Of a stretch of 52,519 nt of DNA, positions 1 through 12,096 are shown one piece after another. Origin of the DNA: Perkinsus chesapeaki ATCC PRA-425 (lineage: Eukaryota > Protista > Perkinsozoa); the NCBI GenBank assembly GCA_013115145.1, contig JAAPAO010000208.1:1-52519 (forward strand). The letters are read 5' to 3'. Both the position numbers and the translations under genes were made by a program. The notes under the pieces are model-generated. The model made no database searches and had not been told where the DNA came from. It saw only the letters and a list, made by a program, of their open reading frames with translations. The stretch's first letter is position 1; every line of letters starts with the position of its first letter.

Positions 1-666
1 CAAAAGGCAGATATACTGAAACCTACATAACTTATCATCATAACTCGTCATGCCTAGTGGGCACACGACATCAGTATCTAATACAATCTCATTGTACATG
101 GAGAAAGACTGAAGATGCATCATGGTCTTTAGACGGTCAGGCCCCCACCAACACTTTTCCACATCGTTCACACCGGCTTTGATATCCAATACACAGGAGT
201 TGTTAGTGCCCCTGGCGATACATTCGGCATCGTTGGCATGACACCCGCAGCCGCGGTTTTCACGGTCATCGGAACCAGCGTCCTCCGAATACAAGCACAT
301 TGCCTTGTTCTTGTCCGGATTGTAAATGATACCGCCGATGTCCACAGAGAACACTATAATATTGCCGTCCTCGTAGTTCCTTCGACGGTTGTTGGATATA
401 TAAGCACAGGCTCGGTCAGCTGTGGTGTTGCACCGAGGGTAATTATAGAGCTCGCACTCCTCGCGTGAATAGGGTCGCCAGGGCTCACCGAGAAGGCCGG
501 CATGAGAGTGACTGAAGTGATGCAACAGCACGCCGGCAGAGTTCATATCGTCTGAGGGCTTCCCCATATTGAAGCGTTGGTTCAGCCCTTGAACGACACC
601 GTCCAACTCGGTCGATATAGCTGAAGATACCAGGATGGCCGATAAGACAACCCTTTGGATGTACAT
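1..666 (-). CDS. Secreted Cys-rich hypothetical protein, 3'-partial (runs off the window start, so absent from the ORF track)
   Basis: Manual translation from ATG at 666: MYIQRVVLSAILVSSAISTELDGVVQGLNQRFNMGKPSDDMNSAGVLLHHF...MCLYSEDAGSDDRENRGCGC...CWWGPDRLKTMMHLQSFSMYNEIVLDTD. Frame is open for over 200 codons, with a hydrophobic N-terminal signal and many Cys. Confidence 0.75.
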   Translation of the reverse strand, partial: MYIQRVVLSAILVSSAISTELDGVVQGLNQRFNMGKPSDDMNSAGVLLHHFSHSHAGLLGEPWRPYSREECELYNYPRCNTTADRACAYISNNRRRNYEDGNIIVFSVDIGGIIYNPDKNKAMCLYSEDAGSDDRENRGCGCHANDAECIARGTNNSCVLDIKAGVNDVEKCWWGPDRLKTMMHLQSFSMYNEIVLDTDVVCPLGMTSYDDKLCRFQYICLL

Positions 667-749
667 TACAGAAGTGGGGGAGAAATAGGCAGTGAAGGAT
701 AAACTAACAGAGCATCCTATTAAAGTCCACTTCAATAAGTTTTCAGTCA

Positions 750-784
750 ATTCCTCGGCAGTGCCCTCGGCACTGCCGAGGAAT
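750..784. repeat. Perfect 16-bp inverted repeat with 3-nt loop
   Basis: ATTCCTCGGCAGTGCC-ctc-GGCACTGCCGAGGAAT read directly from the sequence. Confidence 0.95.
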
Positions 785-992
785 GTGGAAGAGAGACTAC
801 TTTGGCATCCTGCAGTTAAGAGTATTATTGAGTACCATGATGTTTCTCAGTTGAAAGAGATACACCTAGACCGAGTGATGCGATGGTCCACTGATGTAAC
901 GCAAAGGCAGAAGAGTGCGATCATGTAGACACCCTTTAGTGACACGTCGTGTAATCATGCAACAAATTGATCGTGAACCGCTGTCGTGAGAG

Positions 993-3900
993 CTAAGCCC
1001 TCTCCGTAAGCAGTTCGGGATCGACGCTACAAGGTCTTCTATCGAGCTCATTTCGAGGAATGTTAACCTAATAAAAAGTAGCGGACGATACAGATTCTCA
1101 ACGCACAGGTTGCACATCCGCCCCGCCGAGAGCCAGGGGCATGGACTCAATGTTCTGCTCTTCGCACACCTGAATGCGCCATGACCACGAGTGAATGGTG
1201 AAGTCGTCGGGGAGTTACATCAACATCGTACGGCACGTCGGGGACTGCTAGGTCCACTATGAGCTTCAGGAAGAACAGTACATGCTCGAAAAGTAGGAAC
1301 AGAGCCAGCTGGGTTTGTAGGTCAAAGCCCTGAGGGAATCCAAGGCTGCCCTGAGGCTTGCGCTTAATAACGACGTCACCACCTTTGCAGGTTGCATCAC
1401 AAAGACAACTAGGCCGCAGTTGACGAGCACAGCAAGGCTGGAGATGGCACCGAAGAGACCGCTCCATGCCCCTATGCCTTCTGACGCTGCCGGGTAGCTA
1501 CGCCTCAGTATCTTGGTATTGGCTCAATGGAGGCACTGTAGAGTGCTGCTCACTTTGCACTGTCTGTATGCCATAAGCCTGTACTTTATAAAGTTCGAGA
1601 GTAATGCCAGCAACGCTATTGGCGGTAGAACCTGATGTCATTAGCTTTTTGCAGAGACAGCAGTCAGTTAGGCTACCACTGAGAAGCAGGTTACGAAACC
1701 AAACTGGACGGACGACTCCAGGTAGTCCTCGGAAGTGCCTTGGAAAGCCGGTGGGATGTTTACCCGACAGCTCGACCGAGGAGACACTCTCACCCCCATA
1801 GCTATTGGTCTTGGCCTGCAGTTGGAGGTAAGTGTATCGGGAACTGCTATCACCCAAACGATGGACCTGCCCATAAGGTGCAATGATACTGGAGGTTGAA
1901 ATATCCTCACGGCTCTGATCTCATCACGCACGGCCTTCTTGGTGGACAGGACAACCATCTGAAACGGTTAGATACACCGAGGTGGCAATGATAATGGATC
2001 AACCATGGTCTTAGAGAGAACAGTGGCAGTATGAACCACGAAGAAGACCGCAAGATTCTTCTGCAGCTCCGGCATACACCCAGTCCTGAGACCCAGAGGT
2101 AGCCCAACTGCCGCGGTGGCCAGTAAGCGTCTCCTACTCGTCCGCGGGGCACCCGTCCACGAACTGCTTGGCAAATGCCACGTAAAGGAAGGGGTAGAAT
2201 GAGTTAAAGAACTTGACCATGAAGGACTTGATAACCTGATAACTGCCGGCTGCTCCGCAAGGCTACCGAGACCAGCGGACCATGCTGTTCTTCCATTGCG
2301 ATTTGGTCTTATGGTTCTCCCGGTCCGTGAGCCACTTGGACGTCTTGTCCCAAAGAGCATCGAACACTTTGATCTGCATAGTTATCATAGTCGCCGCTAT
2401 CTCAGCAGCTCTCTGAAAGGGCAAGCTGTAAGCACCCTACGGTTGCTCCTACATCGGCACCAAAGAGGCGGGTGAGCAGGTAATCATCAGGTGAAGTGAG
2501 CAGGTTATAACTGAACCGTCAAAGGGGAAGAGGGCCTCGAGGTGATAGGCTCACCGAAACCACTGGATCCACGTGATGCCACCAACGATGAAGAATAAGA
2601 ACAATGCCATGGTGAGCACACTGATGAGCTAAAGCAGCAACACTGGGCTTCATGACGGTCACCAATGCTGCTGCTGCCGGCCCCAGCCACCTTTCTGATG
2701 TAGGTCGTTTTTTCAGACATTGTCTCGTCGAAGGAAGGCAAGACAGACTCGACACTGTCGTAGTTCTTCATACCCCACAGTTGCACGTTCCTGGCTTGTT
2801 TTCGACGGAAGAACTCATGGAAGAAGGCTGAGGGTGGGGCCATGGGATAGCCTGTCTATCTGAGCTCAGCTACCGACCAGCCCAGCAAGCCATGAACACA
2901 GCGTAGCCTATCTGAACCTCTCGTTGGACCGTCAACGACCATCCAGTGAACTGCTCCCGACGAAAAAACAACAAGCCACCTGATTGACATCTCCGAGCGC
3001 CTCGGCTTACACAGTACTGACCTATGAGGGCCGGGAGGCATAGGCCTCTAGTGTAGAAGGCGAGCCAGGTGAAGAGGAACGCAACCTCCTCCCCGAAGTA
3101 GTTGCGTATCTAACCGTTTCATCGAGCTCGATAGCTCACGTCCCGTGGCACTCACATCGTTGTCATACTTGTGACAGGGTATCTTCCAGAAGTTGGCCAC
3201 CTCAGCCCAATCGGAACCTACATATCATCATCCACGCCGCCACCATCGACGCTCCTGTGGTACTAAGCTCCTGAACATCCAGATGCTTATGGACGGGGAA
3301 TCCATGATGGATGATTTGTAGGCGGACGAGCTCGGTTACCTAAGATACGTTCAGAAGTGAGGAGCAGGAAGTGACGTACATCCACGAAGAGCTGCAGTCG
3401 ACGTAGAATCAACCTGATGCGATCAACTTGACGGAACTGACAACAAACAAGTGAACTCCAGCAGCCCCACAGCGCCGCCTGCGCCCACATCTTCGAATAT
3501 GGTGTCAGAGCTCCGTGTAGAGAAGTACCTGCAGAGAGGGTGTGACGAAAAAAGGGGAAGGGCTACTCGGCATAGGCCGGCACTGGCTCCTTGGATCGTG
3601 GGTTGATCGGCGGCTTGTATTTGGCACCGGCCCTCAAGGGCATTCTAACACCAGGAGTCCTAGAGCCGGCCTCCTCGAGATCAGATACCTATAGCCCTCG
3701 CTGGCTGCTAACTGTCGCACTGCCTCATCTGTTATACGGAGCTTGAGGAACACCTTAACGAGCAACACGATACAGTATGGCTACTTATCGACACACCTCA
3801 TCCTTGTCGATCGACACCAAGGTGTCGAGATGCAAACCGAACTCCGAACCTATCACAGAGGCCTTGCCACCCTCACAGCGAGACGGCATCCACCTCTGAG

Positions 3901-4399
3901 GAGGTCCAGCAGTTTCTGGCGGATTTTCTTGGATAATTCCAACAGACTCATTGAACCTTGCAACACATACTACCCTCCATCACGGCACAATCTGACCTTT
4001 GGGGAACGAACTGTCGATGTCGAAGTCCGAGACCGTGTCACCCCGGCGCTGAACATTGGCTTGATTGCAGCCACGTAGAAGAGCAAGATACCTTGAAGAT
4101 CTTCCTAGCTTCAGCATTGGCATCCTTGACAGTGCTGTTCCACTCGACTGGATCCTCCCGTCCCGACGGCACTGGCCGGAGAGCTCACCACTGGAGGCTT
4201 GTCCATACTTTCCTACCTCTGATAGGCATGACCAACACATAGTCGCAGTCGTCATCCACTTCAACGCTTTCACCTTACGAAACGCAATTCGGACGGCCAG
4301 AGAGGGGCTTATCGAGGTACCCATAATGCGGACAACAGTTTCATCCACATCTCCCATAAGCGGACGGGACTCAAACTCTCCTCTGCGACGGGCGAACAT
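993..4399 (-). CDS. Anoctamin/TMEM16 family channel or scramblase (multi-exon)
   Basis: Exon motifs IRNYFGEEVAFLFTWLAFYT (~3110-3045), FFHEFFRRKQARNVQLWG, EDYLESSVQFGFVTCF and FLLFEHVLFFLKLIVDLAVPDVP match anoctamin hallmark segments in the correct order. Ends approximate. Confidence 0.88.
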
Positions 4400-4583
4400 G
4401 TTCTGTTAAGCTGCAAGACTGACAAGATTCCCAGAGGTCGATTTGGTGAGCCTCAGATATTTATTGAAAATAACTCACGCAACACCCTCGGAGGAGTGGT
4501 ATTTTCCAGTACAGACTAAAAATTGATGCATAGTGTAGCGGTGGAATGGTACGAGTGAAGGGCGTAAGGTAAATGAATAGGCC

Positions 4584-5258
4584 TCAGAAGCCGACATTGA
4601 AACTGGCGCCACAGGAACACTTTGAATCGGCCAACTTATTCTCGCTCACCTGGGAACGAAGTACGATGAGTAGCGATGTAGATAGGTGATGACTTACCAC
4701 GAACTTCGAGCCTATCATTTCTTCAACAAAATCGACCTTGCAGTTTTCTAGGTAAGATTGCGACTAAGAGGCAATTATGAGACCACGTTCCCCTTCAATT
4801 TACTACCAGGGCATCGACCAGCATGACAACTGATCCATCGTCAGCCTCAACCTTGATATCAGTCCCTGTTGCCGTGTCCGCGGGCACAAGGTCGAAGTAG
4901 TACCTATATGGGGTTCACCACAGCGAGCGCATCTTTGGACATTACTGGAAGCCACCGCATCCTCCCGAGTCCACAGTAAGCCTTAGAGCTGTGGGGATGT
5001 TACGCTTTTTGCTAACTTCCATAATGTGCTGAAAGGGTATTATCCACATCGTACCTGTCCCTGCCCCCCGACTACCTGAACTCCAGCTGGCTTAAGTGTT
5101 AGATTGCCGTCTTCGGAGACTGCTCCTGGTAGGGATGCTGCCACGTCGGAGAACCAGCGGGGCGGCTGGTAGGTAGCTGCTAGGAATCGAGGGGATGCTC
5201 GGATGGCAAGGGGCCGAAGAATGGACCGACCAAATGTGTTGGAAAACGACGGTAACAT
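4584..5258 (-). CDS. ISCA2: Mitochondrial iron-sulfur cluster assembly protein, IscA/HesB family (Isa2-like)
   Basis: Presequence-like MLPSFSNTFGRSILRPLAIRASPRFLAA, then LRLTVDSGGCGGFQ, VDFVEEMIGSKF and C-terminal CSCGASFNVGF*. Confidence 0.92.
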
Positions 5259-5688
5259 GTCACAGAGGAGGGTGAGGAACTGAGAGGATACGTTAAGGTG
5301 GGTTAGGGACGATGCATCAGATCGAAGCGGAATTATAACTTTGCTTGCAGCTAGGCGGTACGGAGAGCCATAGTTCTAAACAATCAATGAAGCAGGTTGA
5401 GACAGTGTCCGCCTGACTGACCATGTAGAATTTCATGTAGGAATCCAATAATGGGAATGATAATATAAAAGTTCCAATAGTTCATCATAACGAATTCCGA
5501 GCCTAATTGCCGCTGTCATGTCCACAGCAGTTTAGTCTTGATGGCTGGCACCACGTGATGATTTTTCTAGCAAGCTTGATCACCACCAAATTATTTTCCG
5601 GACGGTTTTGTGGGCGTGCGCGCTCTCAACAGCGCACTTTGGTCTCGCTTTATCTGAGAGGAATCATCCGCCTTAGTTTGATAAAGGC

Positions 5689-7578
5689 ATGTCTCAGCGA
5701 GAGCCAGATGCTACATGGGACCAAAATTCCGAGACATCAAACACCTCCAGTCTGCCTAGCGCGCCGGCGCATCGCAGCTTAGCGGGGGATTTGAGCACTA
5801 AAGCGGAGAGTGCCAGCATTGTGAGTGAGCAAGGTATGGAAAAGGATGCATTGTTCGGTAGAATGGCTGCACTGCTTCTGGTAGATGCGACAGAGGAGGT
5901 GGATAGAAGGATTGCCGACCTGGACAACTGTAGGGGCTGGAGGATCGGCGATCCCCGTCCAATGTGTGAGGCGGCCATAAGGAAGGTTTGCAACGTAGGT
6001 ACATGTTTTGAGAGGCCCCATTAGGAACCATTAGGTCAGAGGACAGTATGACACGCCTCATCTCAATGACTGTCTTTACCTGCAAATGTGTGGGTTCACT
6101 GCTATTGGAGGTCTGGAAGCGTAAGAGAGGATCTGGCGACGAGTAGTTTCCGATGAAAATTCACTGGCACAGGTATTCCGGGATTTACTCGCTGTTTCTC
6201 ATGAGCAATCAACTCCACCGCATAGAGGGATTGGAATGTCTTTCTCGCCTGAAGATGCTTTATCTCAATAGCAATGGCATAACCGAAATAGAAGGGCTGC
6301 AAGGATGTAGAAGCCTGGAATATCTTAATCTGGTAAGTTGCGAAGGTTCCTTCACGACATTTTTGAACAAACATTCGGTATGACTTTCAGAGCAGCAATC
6401 GCATCAGGGTGGTCCGCAATCTCGAGGAGCTGACAAATCTCAGGACCCTCATATTGGCCAATAATCATATAAGCGATTTCACCAGCGGCCTCGCTGAAGG
6501 TCTATCCAAGGTCAGATCATGCACATTGACATCAGGATGCCAGATTTTAGGCACCGTGGTTATTGAGTCTCGACATCAGTTATAACCTGTTAGAAGTGTC
6601 AACGGGGGCGTCTGAAAATGGATGCGAGCTTATTACATTTCTTCAAAGATGTTGTCCTAAGCTGAATGACTTCTACGCCTACGGTAACTAATTGGGGCTT
6701 CATTATTGTTATGCTTCTGCCAGGTAACTCATATGTTCGACAAATGCGACACTACAGACGCCGTGTGATTGCTGCATTGCCCACACTCACCTACGTCGAC
6801 AAGAGTCGCGTCACTAAGGAAGAGAGAGCTGGGGCAGAAGCATATGTTCGTGCTGGAACAGATGCCGAGAACGATGCTAGGAGGGCGTAGGACCAGGGTT
6901 CCCGACTCAGTGCCAGGTCCGAGGGCCGTCGCAGAAAGCCTAGATCCTAGACGAACAATAGGACTGTGGTCAGTGGTCTTGTTAACCGTGTATGAAAATG
7001 GTAGTTGATCGAATAGGAAAATATCGGGTTAATGTGCATTACATGCCCCATAGTGAACGACTCTCGATGAACGTGAGCCTGGTCCACGTCGTGGACTCTA
7101 AGTTAAAGACCCCGCGGCTTGTGGAATTAGATACCTCGAGGCGAAACAGCGTGCAATGACCCAATTAGTGACCGGTCTGAGGGAGGTCCAGCGTAAACGA
7201 CGTGAAGAGCTTAACCTACCCGAGCCTGCTCCGTGCTCCACTTTTGATACGGAGGATAACATCGAAGATTGTACTGATTCTTGTGGCTGGCTGGGTACTG
7301 AAGGAGACTCCATTTTCCAGCGTTGCACCAACGAGCTACATTTCGATCCGCCCTCGCGGGTTGATTCGCAGATGACTGATGGTATAACTCTTGATAAGGA
7401 TCGGGCGTCACACGAAATGGTAACCGATGACGTCGCAGGGAGCAACGAAACCACATCTTACGACGAAGCCGAACCCGAAAACGAGACATCTCGGAAGCAT
7501 ATAGAGATGACCGGAAGCTTGAAGGAGGAAATGAGAGAGTTTCTCCGTAACTTACAGGGAAAATCGAATACGGCATGA
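5689..7578 (+). CDS. DNAAF1: Dynein axonemal assembly factor 1 (ODA7/LRRC50-like LRR protein)
   Basis: YDTPHLNDCLYL, SDS22-type LRRs (LFLMSNQLHRIEGLECLSRLKMLYLNSNGITEIEGL), LRR cap YRRRVIAALPTLTYVDKSRVTKEERAGAEAYVRAG and an acidic tail. Confidence 0.85.
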
Positions 7579-7879
7579 TGAATTCCACCAGCGTGCTTCC
7601 GGTGATTTCTCGTGTTTGTCTTGAGTTAGTTCAGAAAAATGAGTCGGCTATCCCTAGACAAAGAGTCTGTGGCATACACACTATACTATTCCTCGGCCAG
7701 GTGCTTCCCGCAAGTACTTTTACTAGTTTACTAACTCAAAGACCGCGTCTGTCAGTACTGTTATCAACCACACCATGCTAATATAATGAACTAATTCTAG
7801 GCATGCCAATACCTTAAGTGTTCACTAGAAGGCGTTCAGGAACAATAAGGAAACCACTACTGACCAAGTGAAAGTGGTC

Positions 7880-8254
7880 TTCCTACGGGTGCTGGACACC
7901 TTAGTGAGGTCTTCGGTATCGACGCCGCTCGGAGGTGCTGTGGCTTGCGGTATTATACCTAGCTCGCCGAGCACCTTCGTCCACCATCCCGAAAGCTTCG
8001 CAAAATTCTCTCTGAGAAAAAATATTTACATGAGCAATCGCGGGCGTTGAACATTGACCTTACTCTGTGCGATGCTCTTCGGGAATATCCAACCAAAAGG
8101 GAAGCTGCGAAGCCCTCTCCTGCTCCAAAAGGAGGGCATCGCTTGCCTCCAACTGCTCTTGCAACTCGTTCCAAATAGAGTCTTCACCCACGGCCGGCAG
8201 AGCCCAGAAAACCGAGTTGAGCAGAATAACGATAGTGGAAAGCATCATGGTCAC
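7880..8254 (-). CDS. Small putative secreted hypothetical protein (multi-exon, 3' end uncertain)
   Basis: MTMMLSTIVILLNSVFWALPAVGEDSIWNELQEQLEASDALLLEQ is a signal-peptide-like N-terminus followed by a helical acidic segment. Confidence 0.4.
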
Positions 8255-8455
8255 AGAGCTTTTATCGATAACTGAAATAGGATAAAGTGAAAGCTCGTCA
8301 GCCTGGTTGACTCAACCACGTCACATTTTCTCGCGGATATGATGGTGAAGCCAAGTATTTCAATAGCGTGGCTAATCTTGCGTTCCGCTGCAGGTATCCG
8401 AAACGGCTCTGACGGTTTCATTGAGTGTGAAACGGCTGGGTGGGCGAGCGCCAAC

Positions 8456-8512
8456 CGACAGAGGCTCTGTCGCAGAGCCAGTTCGCCAGCACGACGTGCT
8501 GAGCACGCTCAG
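8456..8512. repeat. Nest of overlapping short inverted repeats
   Basis: CGACAGA-ggc-TCTGTCG overlaps GGCTCTG-tcg-CAGAGCC; CGTGCT-g-AGCACG overlaps CTGAGC-ac-GCTCAG. Confidence 0.8.
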
Positions 8513-8783
8513 GGTGGTTAATTAAACCGTTATTGTTCGCTTCATGTTATTAAGCGAGATGCTTGGTTGACTCTTTGCTCGTGATTAGAATGATCCTAGT
8601 GATAAGAGTCATTCTAATCTGTGTGCCCACTTATTTCCTTGACAGGCAAGGCTTGACTCAGTCACGGTCAAAGTCGGTGTGCATAACTAACTCAACGATA
8701 ATAACTGTGTCAACGGCATATGGACATGGTAAATATGGCATATTACGGCTATCTGATGAACCCAAGACGCCAAATATGGTGCA

Positions 8784-10027
8784 CTAAATACTTATCGTGA
8801 GGGTTGTGTCAGAAGATCCTCGACGAAGAAATTGTTTGGCTTGCAATTGCTCTAGTTCAGTAACCCACGGTGGTCTGACAATAGGGAAACGGTACTTGGA
8901 CAAGGCAATATACATGTATTACCTCCAACCCACTGGTTCCAAATTGTACTTATCGAAGTCACCATCTCGCAAGTTGTATTGCCCGGGACCAGGCCCCTTC
9001 TGTCGCATATCATCCTAAGATATACTCATATGATACGACGTGAACTTTACTGTGGTCAGCGTAGACAGCACTCAGCGTAGTTTGCTAAAGCGGGATGCTA
9101 GCTATTCATAATTCCGTATTACGGCGGTCAAAGCGACACGTCGGAGTTACTAACTCGCACCCTTCGTGGAGCATTGCTCCAAGCCCCGTAGCACCTGTGC
9201 TTTCTCCCTGCCTGTGAGAGTGATCATCCTCATGCTCGCTCCTGGCTTCTGTCGTGTATCATACCTAACCGAGCTGAGTAATTACGTAGTTAATCAGTAA
9301 CCGTACTGATCTGGGCCCGGCTTGAACATCTCCTCCCTAAACAGCCTAGTGTCGAGTTTACGCGTCTGTATTGTTATCTTGGGGCTCTGATCTCCCGGCT
9401 CAATTCTGCCATACCCCACTTCATAAGGATTTTCATTTATACATCGTTACCTTGTGTCATACGCAGCAGGCCCGGGCCCTGCAGCTAACGAGTTCCGATA
9501 TCTGGAAACAGATGCCGTGTCACGATGTGTCGAAACTCCGCCACCTCTCTTCTGGATTTGGAAATCTCGGCTTAATTTTCATGTTGCTATAAATCACCGA
9601 TCGCCTCGCGAAGTGTTTGGATGGATCGTATGAATCCGGTGATGCCAAATAGTCTCCCCTGCATGAGGTATAACACAGCAAGTAACCGATGCACTTTTTT
9701 CACTTGGCTTTGCCGTAATCTGGCCTGCTTCCAATCCCTATCCCAGCAGCTCTATCCTGTTCCCACTTGCCTCTCCAGAATACGCTTGATCCATAGTAGA
9801 GGTCCCCGCTTGGAGTTGATCGACCTAACAAGAGAGCGGCTACACGGTTTTTAATCGCGACTTCCAATGATCGACAACACGCCGCCGAATCGCATACCCT
9901 CGGTTTCAATACCTGTCCGAACGATACTAGGGTCCTTAAGATAGTCCCGACTGGCTTTGCCGAAACCCCAGCCAGCCCTCCACCTAGCAAACCGTGCTTC
10001 GCTGAAGGAAGAGTTTAACTGCACCAT
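8784..10027 (-). CDS. SHIPPO/ODF3-like PGP-repeat flagellar protein
   Basis: ATG at 10027 gives MVQLNSSFSEARFARWRAGWGFGKASR; later exons carry AGPGPAAYD, KPGPDQY and KGPGPGQYN, the PGP-x-x-Y repeat signature. Confidence 0.75.
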
Positions 10028-10091
10028 TCAACTGGTTTTGTTGACTGTGGAAACTGCGCAGTAGCGTTGAGGAATCCCGAGACGATGCAAG

Positions 10092-10958
10092 ATGTGGCAT
10101 GTTATATCTCGACTTTTGAATTCGGCAATGAACTCTCTCGTAAGCCATCCCCAGCTACAGCGGATAGCCAGGGCTCTGCCGTGTGTCCCATTCCGAGGCA
10201 TTGACAAATTTTACGATATACAAGGCCTCCTGTCGAAGCCTGAGATCTTTCAGGAAGCCATATGTCTCTTGGAGGCCAAATCACGGTAAGCCTTGGGAGC
10301 CCAATTGCAGGCGATGGGGGAACAGTAGTGTAACCTTTGGATACTTCTGTGCTCGGTCTTTGTAGTAGATCCTCCGAATCTTGGGGAACCAATTTTCATT
10401 GCTCGCGCTGCCTTCGAAGAGCATTAAAGGATACTATATAATTTCAGGTCACTGGAGCCTACCGCTATAGTCGGTATTGATGCCCGAGGATTCCTTCTTG
10501 CTGCCCCAATCGCATTGAGGCTTGGAATTCCAATGGTAATGGCGAGGAAGGCCGGAAAGATGCCAGGATGCTCCCACCGCTCAACCTACGCCAAAGAGTA
10601 GTATTTGGCCGGTCGAGTAGCTGGGCAACTGTCTAGGGTTTTCTAACAGGTATGAGACGGGCGATAGTATGGAAATACAGGATGGAGCTTTGAATGAAAA
10701 TGATAGAGTAATTATAATGGACGATCTCCTGGCAACTGGCGGTACTATGCGTGCTGCTGCGTCATTGGTCAAAGGTAATAAAGGTGTACTGGCTAACCGT
10801 TGCTAAAAGTGGCTTATTCAGAGGCCGGTGCTAAGACCGTCGGATATCTGTGTATAGTAGAGCTCGACGCTCTTAAAGGCCGCGAGTCCCTCGCTAACCT
10901 TGGTGGGGAAGTCTCGTGCATTGTTGATCAAGCAGTGCTTGACTCTCTTGAAGACTGA
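10092..10958 (+). CDS. APRT: Adenine phosphoribosyltransferase
   Basis: FRGIDKFYDIQGLL, IVGIDARGFLLAAPIA, ARKAGKMPG, PRPP motif VIIMDDLLATGGT, VELDALKGRE. Confidence 0.95.
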
Positions 10959-11177
10959 TTCCTACTGTTGACATTACTGTGTATATAAACCTATATTCCA
11001 TAGGTTAGTTCTCCCTATTGTAGACTACTCAACGTTTCTTTCTTCGCACTTTCCATCTCCTGATTCGGTATGCTAAACAATCTGCAAATATTTCTAGATA
11101 AAAGCGTAATGTTGTGGAGCTGGGTGGAAGGCTTATGTCGGTCATCGGCATTTACAGGGATACTCTTGTTTTTTCAA

Positions 11178-11898
11178 ATGTCTGAGCCCTTGAGCATCCG
11201 CGGTTTTGCCCTTCCTGGAGAAGTTGATGGTACCAATCTCAAGATAGGTTAGTATGCATCACAGGCTTCCCACCGCGGAGCGAGGCTGCTCAGGAATCGT
11301 GAGGAGCTCCTGGAATGCCAAAGTCGTGGAATCCCTCGAGCAGGGGGCGTTAGACGTCCTGGTTCAGTGTGGAGTTAAAAAGGACGATATCATCACTGAG
11401 TAGTGGAGCTCACATTGCCGCACTGTCGCATTTTTATCCGCTTATATTCTGTAACTGTTGTTGAGTAACTATGGAAGTAGATACGTTGCTGGAGCGTACG
11501 AGATTCCTTATGCTGTTCAAGTGTTGCTGGAGAAAACCAAGGTGGATGCTGTCATCGCCATTGGCTGTTTGATCAAAGGCGAGACTATGCATTTCGAGTA
11601 AGGCCGCCAGCGAGATTCTGGCTCTCAGACATCCTCAAGGTACATCTCGGAAGCTGTCACCCACGGACTTACGCGTTTATGCCTGGACTATAAGAAACCT
11701 GTCATTTACGGTGTTCTCACTGTCCTCACGGAGGAGCAAGCGAAGGCTCGTTGCGGGCTGCTGGGAGAATCGGTAAGGTTAAAGCTTGCTCGGGAGATTA
11801 AGCATGCAATTCGTCAGAGTCATGGCAACGAGGCACGGGACTGGGCGAAGACCGCTATACGTCAGTGCAACATCGCTCAGAAATACCACATGACTTGA
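11178..11898 (+). CDS. RIB4: 6,7-dimethyl-8-ribityllumazine synthase (riboflavin synthase beta chain)
   Basis: [64 protein letters not shown] and HGNEARDWAKTA. Confidence 0.95.
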
Positions 11899-12096
11899 TC
11901 ACACGGAACGCTTCGGATTTTTACAATGTTATCAGACTGTTTCTCATTTACTTTCGATGTTGCGTGGTGAACTATCCGATGCCGCTGGTATAATGTTACT
12001 GGTTTTCCTCGCTCCACGGGGATGAGTCGGGGCCAGTAGTTCCCGGTTAAGGAACTAGGGTTTATTTTCATCAGGGTTGCTGCTGTTTGACGGTTC

